64,000 nt of DNA from the human T2T-CHM13v2.0 reference genome, Homo sapiens: NCBI RefSeq assembly GCF_009914755.1, contig NC_060927.1. One strand, written 5' to 3'. Below are positions 42,592-57,908 of this stretch, piece after piece (the stretch's first letter is position 1; the number at the start of each line of letters is the position of its first letter). A program made the translations under genes and the position numbers. Under the pieces are notes generated by a model. The model saw only the letters and a list, made by a program, of their open reading frames with translations. It was not told the origin of the DNA and did not search any database.

Positions 42592-42733
42592 AGAGGAATG
42601 AAGGAATGAAATATAAAAGGGAAGGAAGGATGTAGGAAGACAACGATTGGGAGGGAGGAAGGAAAAAGGAAGGAAGGAAGGAAGGAGGGAAGGAAAAAAG
42701 GAAACAAAGGAGGAAGGAAGGAAAGGAGGAAGA
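42592..42733 (+). repeat. (GGAA)n-type polypurine low-complexity tract
   Basis: Includes ggaaggaaggaaggaaggagggaaggaa. Confidence 0.9.
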
Positions 42734-43088
42734 CACAGTAAAAGTAAACCATTTGAGTTGTTCATGGTAGACATATCTCTTGCCATAGCCACTTAGGAAA
42801 TCAAACCAATACATACATGTGTGTAATGAGGTGTAATAGAGCACAAGAAAGATATAAATAAATTGAGCAGTAAGTACACCCAAAGGCAGTAAAAGTATGT
42901 AGAGATACCAGTCCAGGTAATATAGGTAGGCCTTAAAGGATAAATATGTGTAGCTGGTTAAGACGGATATGATAAAATGCAAACTGCAATTGCATAGAAC
43001 TTTCCTTACTTTACCTAATGTAAGTAAACATTATAACATATAGAAGAAAAGCAAAGGATAAGACTTTTTAAAAGGTGTTTTGGGACTC

Positions 43089-43615
43089 TATCAGTTATCT
43101 ATCACTGTTAATAAATCACTCCTAAGGTTGATGAACATATAATCAAGCATTCATTATGTCTTACAAACTTGTGGTTTGACCATTTAGGTTTAGCCAGACA
43201 GTCTTCTTCTTATGTCTGGGGTCACTCTGTAGGCAGCTGTTCATTTGACTAGGACTGGTTGTCCAAGGTAGCTTTACTCACATGTTCGCTGTTGTGTCAG
43301 CTGTTGGCTGGGCAACCCTGGTTCTCCTCTGTATGTGTTTTCTTCTCCCATAAGGATAAATTGGACATTTTAAATGAAGTAGAAAATATTCCTAGTTGGT
43401 GAAATCAGCAGCTGCAATGCCTCTTAAAGCCTAACCATAGAAGGCACACGATGTCACTTCTGTAGCATTATATTGGTCAAGATGAGCTACAATGCCAACT
43501 CAGATGTAAGATTTGGGGAAAAATAGACTTCCCCTCTTGTTAGGAGCAAAGTTATATCACTAAGAGGCCTAGAAACAGAAAGACATGATGCATGATGGGC
43601 CATTAATATAACAAA
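43089..43615 (-). mobile_element. MLT1 (J/K/L-like) LTR relic
   Basis: Starts tatcagttatctat and contains gtcacttctgtagcattatattggtcaa and aaatagacttcccctcttg. Confidence 0.6.
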
Positions 43616-43713
43616 GAGACCAATTAAGTGTTTGGCAACATGAGTGAATTATTCCAACAGCATACAAACATGATACTAATTTTCCATTTTTTAAAGACTT
43701 CCCATTCAGATAA

Positions 43714-44078
43714 TGGTGGAGTCTGGATCTGTGACCCTACCCAAATCTCACCTTGGATTGTAATCTGAATTGTAATCACCACGTGTTGTGGGTGGGACCT
43801 GGTGGGAAATGATTATATCATGGGGGTGGTTCTCCCATGTTCTCCTTGTGATAGTGAGTGAGTTCTCATGAGATCTGATGATTTTATAAATGGCAGTTTT
43901 TCCTGCACTCACACACTCTCTTCTGTTGCCATGTGAGAAGGTCCAAGCTTGCTTCCCCTTTGCCTCCTGACATGATTGTAAGTTTCCTGAGGTCACCCCA
44001 GCCATGTGGAACTGTGAGTCAATTAAATCTCTTTTCTTTATAAATTATCCAGTCTCAGGGTGAAAATGGACTAATACA
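43714..44078 (+). mobile_element. MSTA/THE1D solo LTR
   Basis: cccaaatctcacctt...gtgagttctcatgagatctgatg...aatggactaataca, with perfect TSD GATAA (43709-43713 / 44079-44083). Confidence 0.92.
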
Positions 44079-44629
44079 GATAACTCAGTTTTGTTTGTTT
44101 TGGTAAATCACCTTCAAATAGTAATCTCTTCTCACAGTCTATCTCTCTTCCTATTCGCTTTTAAGCCCAATCCTATTAGGGTTTATTTGTCACGAGTCCA
44201 CCAAAACTTCTGGTCAAATACATCCATGACATCCACGTTGTTAAATCCAATTACCAGTTCTCATTCCTCCTCTTCTTTGACCTATCATCAGCATTTTACA
44301 CAGCATAATATTCCTCCTTTTTGTTCTTCACTTTCTTTCTCGGATACCACACTGATGTCCATTAGAATGTATACTGTTCAGATTTCCTTCTGTAGGGAGC
44401 ATAATAGAAGGGCTGCCTGCCGCAGCACTCCTGGATCCATTTCTGTGATTGTGTTGATTCCATGCTTCCAGTGGGCTTCCCCCAGCCAATGGCTGAGCAC
44501 AGTATCAGTAGATAATCTCAGTAGATTTTATCATATATCCCTGAGAGAAAGAGTGCCTCAAATGGAGATGTTGTTTTAGCCTGGGGTGGGGGCGGGGTGT
44601 TGTTCTTCTTAAAATTAGGTTGATTCTAT

Positions 44630-46630
44630 TTCTGTTTTTTTCTAGTTTTGTTGAGGTATAATTAACAAACAAAGTTGTATAGATTTAATACACTTAATGT
44701 GTACAATGTGATCATTTGACATATATATACATTGTGAAATGATTAACACCATCAAGTTAATTAACACATCCATCACCTTACAGTTACCTTGTTTTGTTTT
44801 CCATTAGATGAGACTGCTTAATATCTAATCTTTTAGCAAATTTCAAGTACTGAATACAGTTTTATTAAGTAGAGTCATCAGGCTGCACATCAGAGCCTAA
44901 GACCATATTATTATATAACTGAAAGTTTGTATCCTTTGATCAACACCTCCCCATTTTCCTCACACCCCAGCCCCTGGGATCATCATTATACTCTGTTTCT
45001 ATGGTTTGACTTTTTAAAAGTTTTAGATTTCACATATAAGTCATATCATACAGTATTTGTCTTTCTCTGTCTGGTTTATTTCACTTAGAATAATTACCTA
45101 TAGGTTCTCCCCTCTTGCTGCAAATGGCAGAATATCCTCCTTTTTATAGCCAAATAATATTTGTGTGTGTCTGTGTGTGTATATACATGACAAATTTTAT
45201 TTATTCATTCATCTGTCAATAGACACTTAGGTTTTTCTATATTGTGACTATTGCATATAATGCTTCAGTGAATAAGGTAGTACAGATATCTCTTCAAGAT
45301 AGTGATTTTATTTCTTTTGTTTATGTATTTGAAAATGAAATTGCTGGATCATGTGGTAGTTTTACTTTAAATTTTTTGAGGAACCACCACACTGTTTTTT
45401 ATAATGTCTGCATTAATTTACATTCCCACCAACACTGTACAAGAGTTTCCTGTTCTCCACATCCTTTCCAATACCTGTTATCTTTTGTCTTTTTGGTAGT
45501 ATTTGTACTAACAGGTATGAGGTGATATCTCATTGTGGTTTTGATTTGCATTTCTCTGCTGATTAGTGAGGTTAATGTACCTAGTGGACACTTTTATATA
45601 TCTTCTTTGGAAAAATGTTTACTCAGATCCTATGCCCATTTAAAAAATCAGATTATTTGAGATTTTTTACTGTTGAGTTGTATGAGTTCTTTATACTTTT
45701 TATATATTAACTTACCGGATACATGGTGTGCAAATGTTTTCCCCATTCTTCAGGTTGCCTTTTCTTTTTCTTTATCTTTTTTCTTTTTGGCCATGCAAAA
45801 ACTTTTTCAGTTGATGTATTCCGTTTATTTTTACTTTCATTGCCTGTGCTAAGACAATATCAAGAATCTTTTTCCATAAGACTTTTTCTTGGAGTTTTAC
45901 AGTTTCAGGTCTTACATTTGTCTTATGCCATTTTGAATTGACTTTTGTGTATAGTATAAGAAAAGTGTTTATTTTCTCCCCCCACCCCCTGACACCCCCG
46001 TGACTATCCAGATTTCTGAACATCATTTATTGAAGAGACTATTCTTTACCCATTGTGTGATCTTAGTGCAGTTGCCAAAGATTAGTTGACCATATATGCA
46101 TGGGTGATTTCTGATTTCTGAGCTCTCTATTCTGTTTCATCAGCGTATGTGTCTGTTTTTATGCCAGTACCAAACTCTTTTGATTACTGCAGCTTTGTAA
46201 TACTATTTGAAATCAGAAATGTCATGTCCCTAGGTTTGTTCTTATTTCTCAAGATTGCTTTTGTGGTTCCACATGAATTTTAGGATATTTTTTCCATTTC
46301 TGTGAAGAATGTCATAGGAATTTCGATAAGGATTGTGTTGAATCTGTAGATTGCATTGGGCAGTTTGGACATTTTAACAATATTCATTCTTCTAATTCAA
46401 GAACATATATCTTTCCTTTCATTTGTATCTTTTTACATTTCTTTCATCAATGCTTACAATTTTTGGTGTACAGATCTTTCACTTCCCTGGCTAAATTTAT
46501 TCCTGGGTACTTTTTTCTTCCTGATGCTATTGTAAATGGGATTGCTTTTTAAATGGCTTTTTCAGGTAGTTCATTGTTACTGTATAAAAACACAACTGAT
46601 TTTTTGTGTGTTGATTTTGTATCCTGCCAC
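44630..46630 (-). mobile_element. L1MA-type 3' portion
   Basis: Antisense L1MA 3'UTR (cattgtgaaatgatt...catcaagttaattaacacatccatcacc) running into ORF2 as far as gttgattttgtatcctgc. Confidence 0.85.
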
Positions 46631-46635
46631 GTAAC

Positions 46636-46913
46636 TGTGCTGCACCCATCAACTCGTCATTTAAATTAGGTATTTCTCCAAATGCTATCCCTCCCCCAGC
46701 CCCCGACCTGTCGACAGGCCCTGGTATGTGATGTTCCCCTCCCTGTGTCCATGTGTTCTCATTATTCAACTCCCAATTATGAGTGAGAGCATGTGGTGTT
46801 TGCTTTTCTCTTCTTATGTTACTTTGTTGAGACTGATGGTTTCCAGTTTCATCCATGTCCCTATAAAGGACATGAACTCATCCTTTTTTATGGCTGCATT
46901 GTATTCCATGGTG
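46636..46913 (-). mobile_element. L1PA 3' fragment lacking the terminal 3'UTR and tail
   Basis: tgctgcacccatcaactcgtcattt...ctgcattgtattccatggtg is antisense L1PA sequence (ORF2 end plus 3'UTR). Confidence 0.88.
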
Positions 46914-47838
46914 TGAAATCATGTTCTCATCTGTATGACACAGATGTTAATATTGTCCTTATGAAATTATTGTGAGAATAAATAATATAGTATATATGAA
47001 ACACTTTAACATGTATGATTATAAAGTAGTTGCACATGCAATCGTAAGCTAACTAGAAAAAAAAGTATTAATTTTCTCTTATCTACTGCATTCTCTAAGA
47101 AAGCTTTAACTATTCAAATGTGTATTTTTTTAATCTCAAAAATTTATTTTGCAAGTTCAGATGTTTCTGCATCTCATGTTCGTAAAGAAGCATATTCTAA
47201 ATTTCTTTTCAGAATCCTAAATTAAGAATTCTCTAACCTCAAATTACATTAACAATATTGCACAATATACTAATAAACAGGCAGAAAGTGACTGTGTTCT
47301 CAAATCTCCTACTTACAAATAAAAATGATAGAATGTTTATTCATAACTAATGAAAACTAACCTGGTATAGGTATACAAAATTAAAAAGTAGATACTGGGA
47401 ATATTTAAAACTTTAACATTGTATTTTTATTAAAATACCGCCCTAAAATTATTTCAGGATTTTGTTTCATTTGCATAAAGCCAACTTAAAATGCCTCAAT
47501 AGTTATCTGATAACTATTTCAGTTTATGACAATGAAGTATCAGAATTAGTCTGAATTTTTTAAAAAGTGAGTCAATAAATTCATATTTCCTAAGTTCCAA
47601 CTATGATAAGCTGCAAATAACATTTTAATAATACGTTAAATTAGAAATTTAGACTGAGACCCTAAATTTTGACATTCCAATTACTGACTAACATATAAAA
47701 TTATCAAAAATTAAATATCCAAAACCACTTTGGTGACAGTCAGTCCCCTCTCTCAGAGCTAGGGTATAAATGTTGGTGATTCAGAGACAGATTTACAAAG
47801 GTGCTCTTTGTATTCTGGGAGTTTACCTTTTCTTCCAG

Positions 47839-47952
47839 GGGAGAAAAGTAAAGGGGTGCTTTCTACTCCATCCAGCCTAATAAGATGGGTTTTAACAGCA
47901 TCTGTCAGAGACCTAGATGTGACTCCTCTGCAGCTGGGAGCAGGCCACACTG
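47839..47952 (+). other. Candidate internal exon (unverified)
   Basis: Acceptor tttaccttttcttccag|G and donor CTG|gtgagc. 114 nt, with one open frame (phase 1-1). Confidence 0.25.
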
Positions 47953-48164
47953 GTGAGCAGCTTCGGTTGGAAAAAATCTAAGGTGATTTCTGGCTCACAT
48001 TTTATAATACAAATCGGGGAGAATGAATTCAAAGAGTGCGTATGTATATGCATTTTTCTTTTTTAATATTATTTAGATGTGCCATTTTTAATGAACCTAC
48101 TTTTAATTTCAGTGTGATACTTGAAAAATGATACTTTATTTTACTTTGGAGTAATTATAAAAGC

Positions 48165-49071
48165 GGGGAGGAGGAGCCAAGATGGCCGAATAGGAACAGC
48201 TCAGGTCTACAGCTCCCAGCGTGAGTGACGCAGAAGATAAGTGATTTCTGCATTTCCATCTGAGGTACCGGGTTCATCTCACTAGGGAGTGCCAGAGAGT
48301 GGGTGCAGGTCAGTGGGTGCACACACCGTGAGCAAGCCCAAGCAGGGCGAGGCATTGCCTCACTCGGGAAGCACAAGGGGTCAGGGAGTTCCCTTTCCTA
48401 GTCAAAGAAAGGGGTTACAGACGGCACCTGGAAAATCGGGTCACTCCCACCTGAATACTGCGCTTTTCCAACGGGCTTAAAAAACGGCGCACCAGGAGGT
48501 TACATCCCGCGCCTGGCTCGGAGGGTCCTACACCCACAGAGTCTCGCTGATTGCTAGCACAGCAGTCTGAGATCAAACTGCAAGGCGGCAGCAAGGCTGG
48601 GGGAGGGGTGCCCGCCATTGCCCAGGCTTGCTTAGGTAAACAAAGCAGCTGGGAAGCGCGAACTGGGTGGAGCCCACCACAGCTCAAGGAAGCCTGCCTG
48701 CCTCTGTAGGCTCCACCTCTGGGGGCAGGGCACAGACAAACAAAAAGACAGCAGTAACCTCTGCAGACTTAAATGTCCCTGTCTGACAGCTTCGAAGAGA
48801 GCAGTGGTTTTCCCAGCACGCAGCTTAAGATCTGAGAACGGGCAGACTGCCTCCTCAAGTGGGTCGCTGACCCCTGACCCGAGCAGCCTAACTGGGAGGC
48901 ACCCCCCAGCAGGGGCACACTGACACCTCACACGGCAGGGTACTCCAACAGACCTGCAGCTGAGGGTCCTCTCTGTTAGAAGGAAAACGAACAAACAGAA
49001 AGGACATCCACACCAAAAACCCATCTGTACATTACCACCATCAAAGACCAAAAGTAGATAAAACCATAAAG
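48165..49071 (+). promoter_or_regulatory. L1 5'UTR internal sense promoter and antisense promoter; YY1 site at 48178-48188
   Basis: caagatggccg YY1 motif. CpG-enriched relative to the flanks. Established L1PA 5'UTR function; activity of this copy is unknown. Confidence 0.75.
48415..48618 (-). CDS. L1 ORF0 homolog, 67 aa (expression unknown)
   Basis: MAGTPPPALLPPCSLISDCCASNQRDSVGVGPSEPG...VGVTRFSRCRL*, with the ATG in a strong Kozak context (gcaATGg). Confidence 0.55.
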   Translation of the reverse strand: MAGTPPPALLPPCSLISDCCASNQRDSVGVGPSEPGAGCNLLVRRFLSPLEKRSIQVGVTRFSRCRL

Positions 49072-50087
49072 ATGGGGAAAAAACAGAGCAGAAAAACTGG
49101 AAACTCTAAAAAGCAGAGCGCCTCTCCTCCTCCAAAGGAACGCAGTTCCTCACCAGCAATGGAACAAAGCTGGACAGAGAATGACTTTGACGAGCTGAGA
49201 GAAGAAGGCTTCAGATGATCAAATTACTCTGAGCTACGGGAGGACATTCAAACCAAAGGCAAAGAAGTTGAAAACTTTGAAAAAATTTAGAAGAATGTAT
49301 AACTAGAATAACCAATACAGAGAAGTGCTTAAAGGAGCTCATGGAGCTGAAAACCAAGGCTTAATAACTACCTGAAGAATGCAGAAGCCTCAGGAGCCGG
49401 TGCCATCAACTGGAAGAAAGGGTATCAGCAATGGAAGATGAAATGAATGAAATGAAGCGAGAAGGGAAGTTTAGAGAAAAAAGAATAAAAAGAAATGAGC
49501 AAAGCCTCCAAGAAATATGGGACTATGTGAAAAGACCAAATCTACGTCTGATTGGTGTACCTGAAAGTGACGGGGAGAATGGAACCAAGTTGGAAAACAC
49601 TCTGCAGGATATTATCCAGGAGAACTTCCCCAATCTAGCAAGGTAGGCCAACATTCAGATTCAGGAAATACAGAGAACGCCACAAAGATACTCCTCGAGA
49701 AGAGCAACTCCAAGACACATAATTGTCAGATTCACCAAAGTTGAAATGAAGGAAAAAATGTTAAGGGCATCCAGAGAGAAAGGTGGGGTTACCCTCAAAG
49801 GGAAGCCCATCAGACTAACAGCAGATCTTTCGGCAGAAACTCTACAAGCCAGAAGAGAGTGGGGGCCAATATTCAACATTCTTAAAGAAAAGAATTTTCA
49901 ACCCAGAATTTCATATCCAGCCAAACTAAGCTTCATAAGTGAAGGAGAAATAAAGTACTTTACAGACAAGCAAATGCTGAGAGATTTTGTCACCACCAGG
50001 TCTGCCCTAAAAAAGCTCCTGAAGGAAGCGCTAAACATGGAAAGGAACAACTGGTACCAGCCACTGCAAAATCATGCCAAAATGTAA
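49072..50087 (+). pseudogene. L1 ORF1p, disrupted
   Basis: MGKKQ start and ...QNHAKM* end, with internal stops (tga ~49216, tag ~49644). Confidence 0.95.
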
Positions 50088-50150
50088 AGACAATCGAGAC
50101 TAGGAAGAAACTGCATCAACTAACGAGCAAAATAACCAGCTAACATCATA

Positions 50151-53977
<3,827 letters not shown>

Positions 53978-54210
53978 ACAATGAGAACACATGGACACAG
54001 GAAGGGGAACATCACACTCTGGGGACTGTTGTGGGGCGGGGGGAGGGGGGAGGGAGAGCATTGGGAGATATACCTAATGCTAGATGACGAGTTAGTGGGT
54101 GCAGCACACCAGCATGGCACATGTATACATATGTAGCTAACCTGCACATTGTGCACATGTACCCTAAAACTTAAAGTATAATAATAATAAATAAATAAAT
54201 AAATAAATAA

Positions 54211-54425
54211 AGAGAAGACTTCTGGATTGGAAAGCAGAAAATGAGTGCAATTACGGACGGAATGCAGGGGGATTTAAACTGAATATTAATGTTCTATTTC
54301 TTAAGCTGGTGTTATAAAAATGTATAAGTACTGTATATATTTTTAAAATGCTACATATGCATATTTTGTATATTTTTATCTGATAAATTTTACATTAAAA
54401 TATTTTAAGATAAAAAATAAAAAAA
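54211..54425 (+). other. Probable L1-mediated 3' transduced segment with a second A-rich tail
   Basis: No TSD after the first tail. tataaaagc flanks the L1 5' end (48156-48164) and recurs at 54426-54434, after ATTAAA (54394) and an A-rich run. Confidence 0.55.
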
Positions 54426-55646
54426 TATAAAAGCAAAGAGAAAATGGAGCAGAGGGAGAGAGAAAATAGGAAAATGTAATCAATGTTTAATATAAAGAAA
54501 AATAGTAAGTTAGAGGGCAAAGCAAGTGAACTCTGCAATCCTTAGCGAGATAAGAAATCACACTGATGAACCACTGTAGTCAAAGGAAATTATTTTTCCT
54601 CAGAATCCTTCGCTTGGAATTCTAATGCTGTAATTGAAATGGAAGGCAGTGTGGTCTATATCAGCTAACAGAGGCACAGGAAATCAACCACAATGATCAA
54701 CCACACAGGAGACAGAGGGGCAGTGGCTTTTGAAACTTTAATTTTATTTAGTTATGTGCTTAGAAAAGAAAAAAAGGGAGGAAACTGTGAATGCTTAGTT
54801 TTGAATATTAACTGCAAAAAATATTCTAACACAACAGAAGGAGATTGTGACAAATGATGAGTGCGTTTCAAACATTTAGAGAGTTTTATTTTTTTCAAAT
54901 AAGAATAGATTCATCTGAGTGCCTCTGTGGTAGAAATATCAAGTTAACATCTTTTCTTTCTTACATTACAGATATAATTATGTATCTATACACAATTCTG
55001 TATCTGTATCTATATACAATTCTGGCTCGTTGCAAGTAAAATTGAACACACTGTCTTTAAAAATGCACCTACCTACATATGTACTTACACGCATATCAAT
55101 TATAAAAAGTGAACACAGATCAATTAAATACAATTTTTCAAAACTTAGAGTTTAAAAAGCAACAACAGCAGCAACAATATTTAGGCTATTTCCCACACAT
55201 ATTTATTTTAAGAGGTTGTTTAATTTGCAAAACCTCCCAGTGCTGAGGGACTTAGAGCTGCAAAATGTTAGAACAGAAGGAACATCAGAGTTCATAAAAT
55301 TCAACCTCCAATTATGTTGATATTACAATTGGAGGAAATGCAACTGATTGTGCTTGTTGTTTAATGTCACGGAGTTAGTGGTAAGCAGAACTGTTAAGTT
55401 GGCCCTAAGCTAATTCTGTGTACCTTACATGTTGGCAAGGATGTGGTGGGGTGAGGAGACAATGATGGTACCAACCTAGGAGAAAAAAGAAGTTTTATTG
55501 GAGGAACATGAAGAAAATATGCCTGCTCTAGGGCCTTTACCTACCCTAGGTGAGAAGGCTGGCTCGGGAGATGCAATGTGCTCTGTGTTGCATAAAGACA
55601 ATTTATTACAACAGTTCACAAGAGACGTGTAATGAGACCGTGCAGG

Positions 55647-55833
55647 TAGGGTTACCTGGTAAAATACGAGACACACAGTTACTTTTTAATTTCAGGTAAA
55701 ATTTCTTTCTTAGTATAAATATGCCCCATGCAATATTTGAGACATACAGATATTAAAAATGTATCATTATTTATCTGAAATTAAACTCTAATTGGGTTTC
55801 CTATATTTTCATTTGGTAAAACTGGCATCCCTA
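55647..55833. mobile_element. MER53 palindromic hAT MITE
   Basis: TIRs tagggttacc / ggcatcccta, and an internal quasi-palindrome aatttcag...tatgccccatgcaatatttgagacata...tctgaaatt. Confidence 0.8.
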
Positions 55834-56327
55834 CATTTAGGGCATTTCCAGAAAAGCAGGAATGCTGCCAGGCCTAGGCACAGCAAGAGAATACCCAGGT
55901 CTCCATGAACTCTCTGGGAAAGAATATAGTATCAATGATTTGTAGGGTGTGAAATGCTTTTTAAAGGCTAAAATGATTATCTATGTCTATTTTTAGAGAC
56001 TTGTAATTTCTTAAAAAAATTTAACTTGGGGGTAAAAGTATCTTTCTGCCATTTTGTAGCTATCAGGAATGTATCAATATAGTATTATTTGATACAATAA
56101 ATATTTGCAGAAAAACAATTATAAGACAATGATATGGGCATTACAAAATAATTATAGTTCTTCAGTTTAAAATTAAGTATTCTCTTCCCTATAATACATG
56201 GCTGGTTAGATTACTGAAATAGATTTTAAATCAGTAAACCATAAAGTAACCTTCAACTCTGCATTTTCTTGGTTATACTCAAGAATTTATATATTTTGGG
56301 GGAAAGATGAATTATTGAGTACTCCAA

Positions 56328-57365
56328 AGAGAATACTATAAACACCTTTATGCAAATAAACTAGAAAATTTAGACAAAATGGATAAATTCCTGGATACGT
56401 ATACCCTCCCAAGACTGAACCAGGAAGCGGAATCACTGATTAGACCAATAACAAGTTCTGAAATTGAGGCAGTAATAAATCGCCTACCAACCAAAAAAAG
56501 TCTAGGGCCAGATGGATTTATAGCTGAATTCTACCAGAGGTACAAAGAGGAGCTGGTACCATTTCTTCTGAAACTATTCCAAGCAATTGCAAAGGAGGGA
56601 CTCCTCCATGACAAAAAACAGCTGATATCATACTGAAGGGGCAAAAGTGGGAAGCATTTCCCTTGAAAACCTCCACAAGACAAGGATGCCCTCTCTCACC
56701 ACTCCTATTCAACATAGTATTGGAAGTTCTGGCCAGGGCAATCAGGCAAGAGAAAGAAATAAAGGTTATTCAAATAGGACAAGAGGAAGTCAAATTGTCT
56801 CTGTTTGCAGATGACATGATACTGTATGTAGAAAACCCCAATATCGCAGCCCAAAAGCTTCTTAAGCTGACAAGCAACTTCAGCAAAGTCTCAAGATACA
56901 AAATCAATGTGTAAAAATCACAAGCATTCCTACACACCAATGACAGAGGAGCAAAGAGCCAAATCATGAATGAATTCCCATTCACATTTGCTACAAAGGA
57001 AGAAAATACCTAGGAATACAGCTAACAAGGGAAGTGAAAGACCTCCTCAAGGAGAGCTACAAACCACTGCTCAAAGAAGTCAGAGGGAACACAAACGAAT
57101 GGAAAAACATCCCATGCTCGTGGATAAAAAGAATCAATATTGTAAAAATGGCCATGCTGCCCAAAGTAATTTAGAGATTCAATGCTATTCCCATTAAACT
57201 ACTATTGACGTTCTTCCCAGAATTAGAAAAAAATATATATTTTAAAATTCGTATGGAACCAAAAAAGCACTAATATAGCAAGATAATCCTAAGCAAAATG
57301 AACAAAGCTGGAGGGATCACACTACCCAACTTCCAACTATACTACAAGACTACAGTAACCAAAAC
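56328..57365 (+). mobile_element. L1PA ORF2 internal fragment with an internal deletion near 56610 and no 3' end
   Basis: [16 protein letters not shown] and [20 protein letters not shown]...FADDMI peptides. Ends at acagtaaccaaaac. Confidence 0.9.
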
Positions 57366-57605
57366 TGTAACCTCTGTTCCACTGGTCTATGTGTCTGTTT
57401 TGGTACTGGCATGGTACATCATCATTGGTGTGCAGAAATGCTACTGAGTTTTGTACACTGATTTTATGTCCTAAAACTTTACTGAAGTCATTTATCAGTT
57501 CCAGGAGGTTTTATTTGGTAGGGTCTTTAAGGTTTTCTAGATCTAGAATTGTATCATCAGAGAAGAGAGCTAGTTTGACTTTCTCTTTTCCTATTTGGTT
57601 GTGGG

Positions 57606-57908
<303 letters not shown>

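Noticed and set aside
44091-44579. 162-aa ORF
   Set aside because: Non-ATG start, overlaps an L2-like relic, and shows no recognisable domain.
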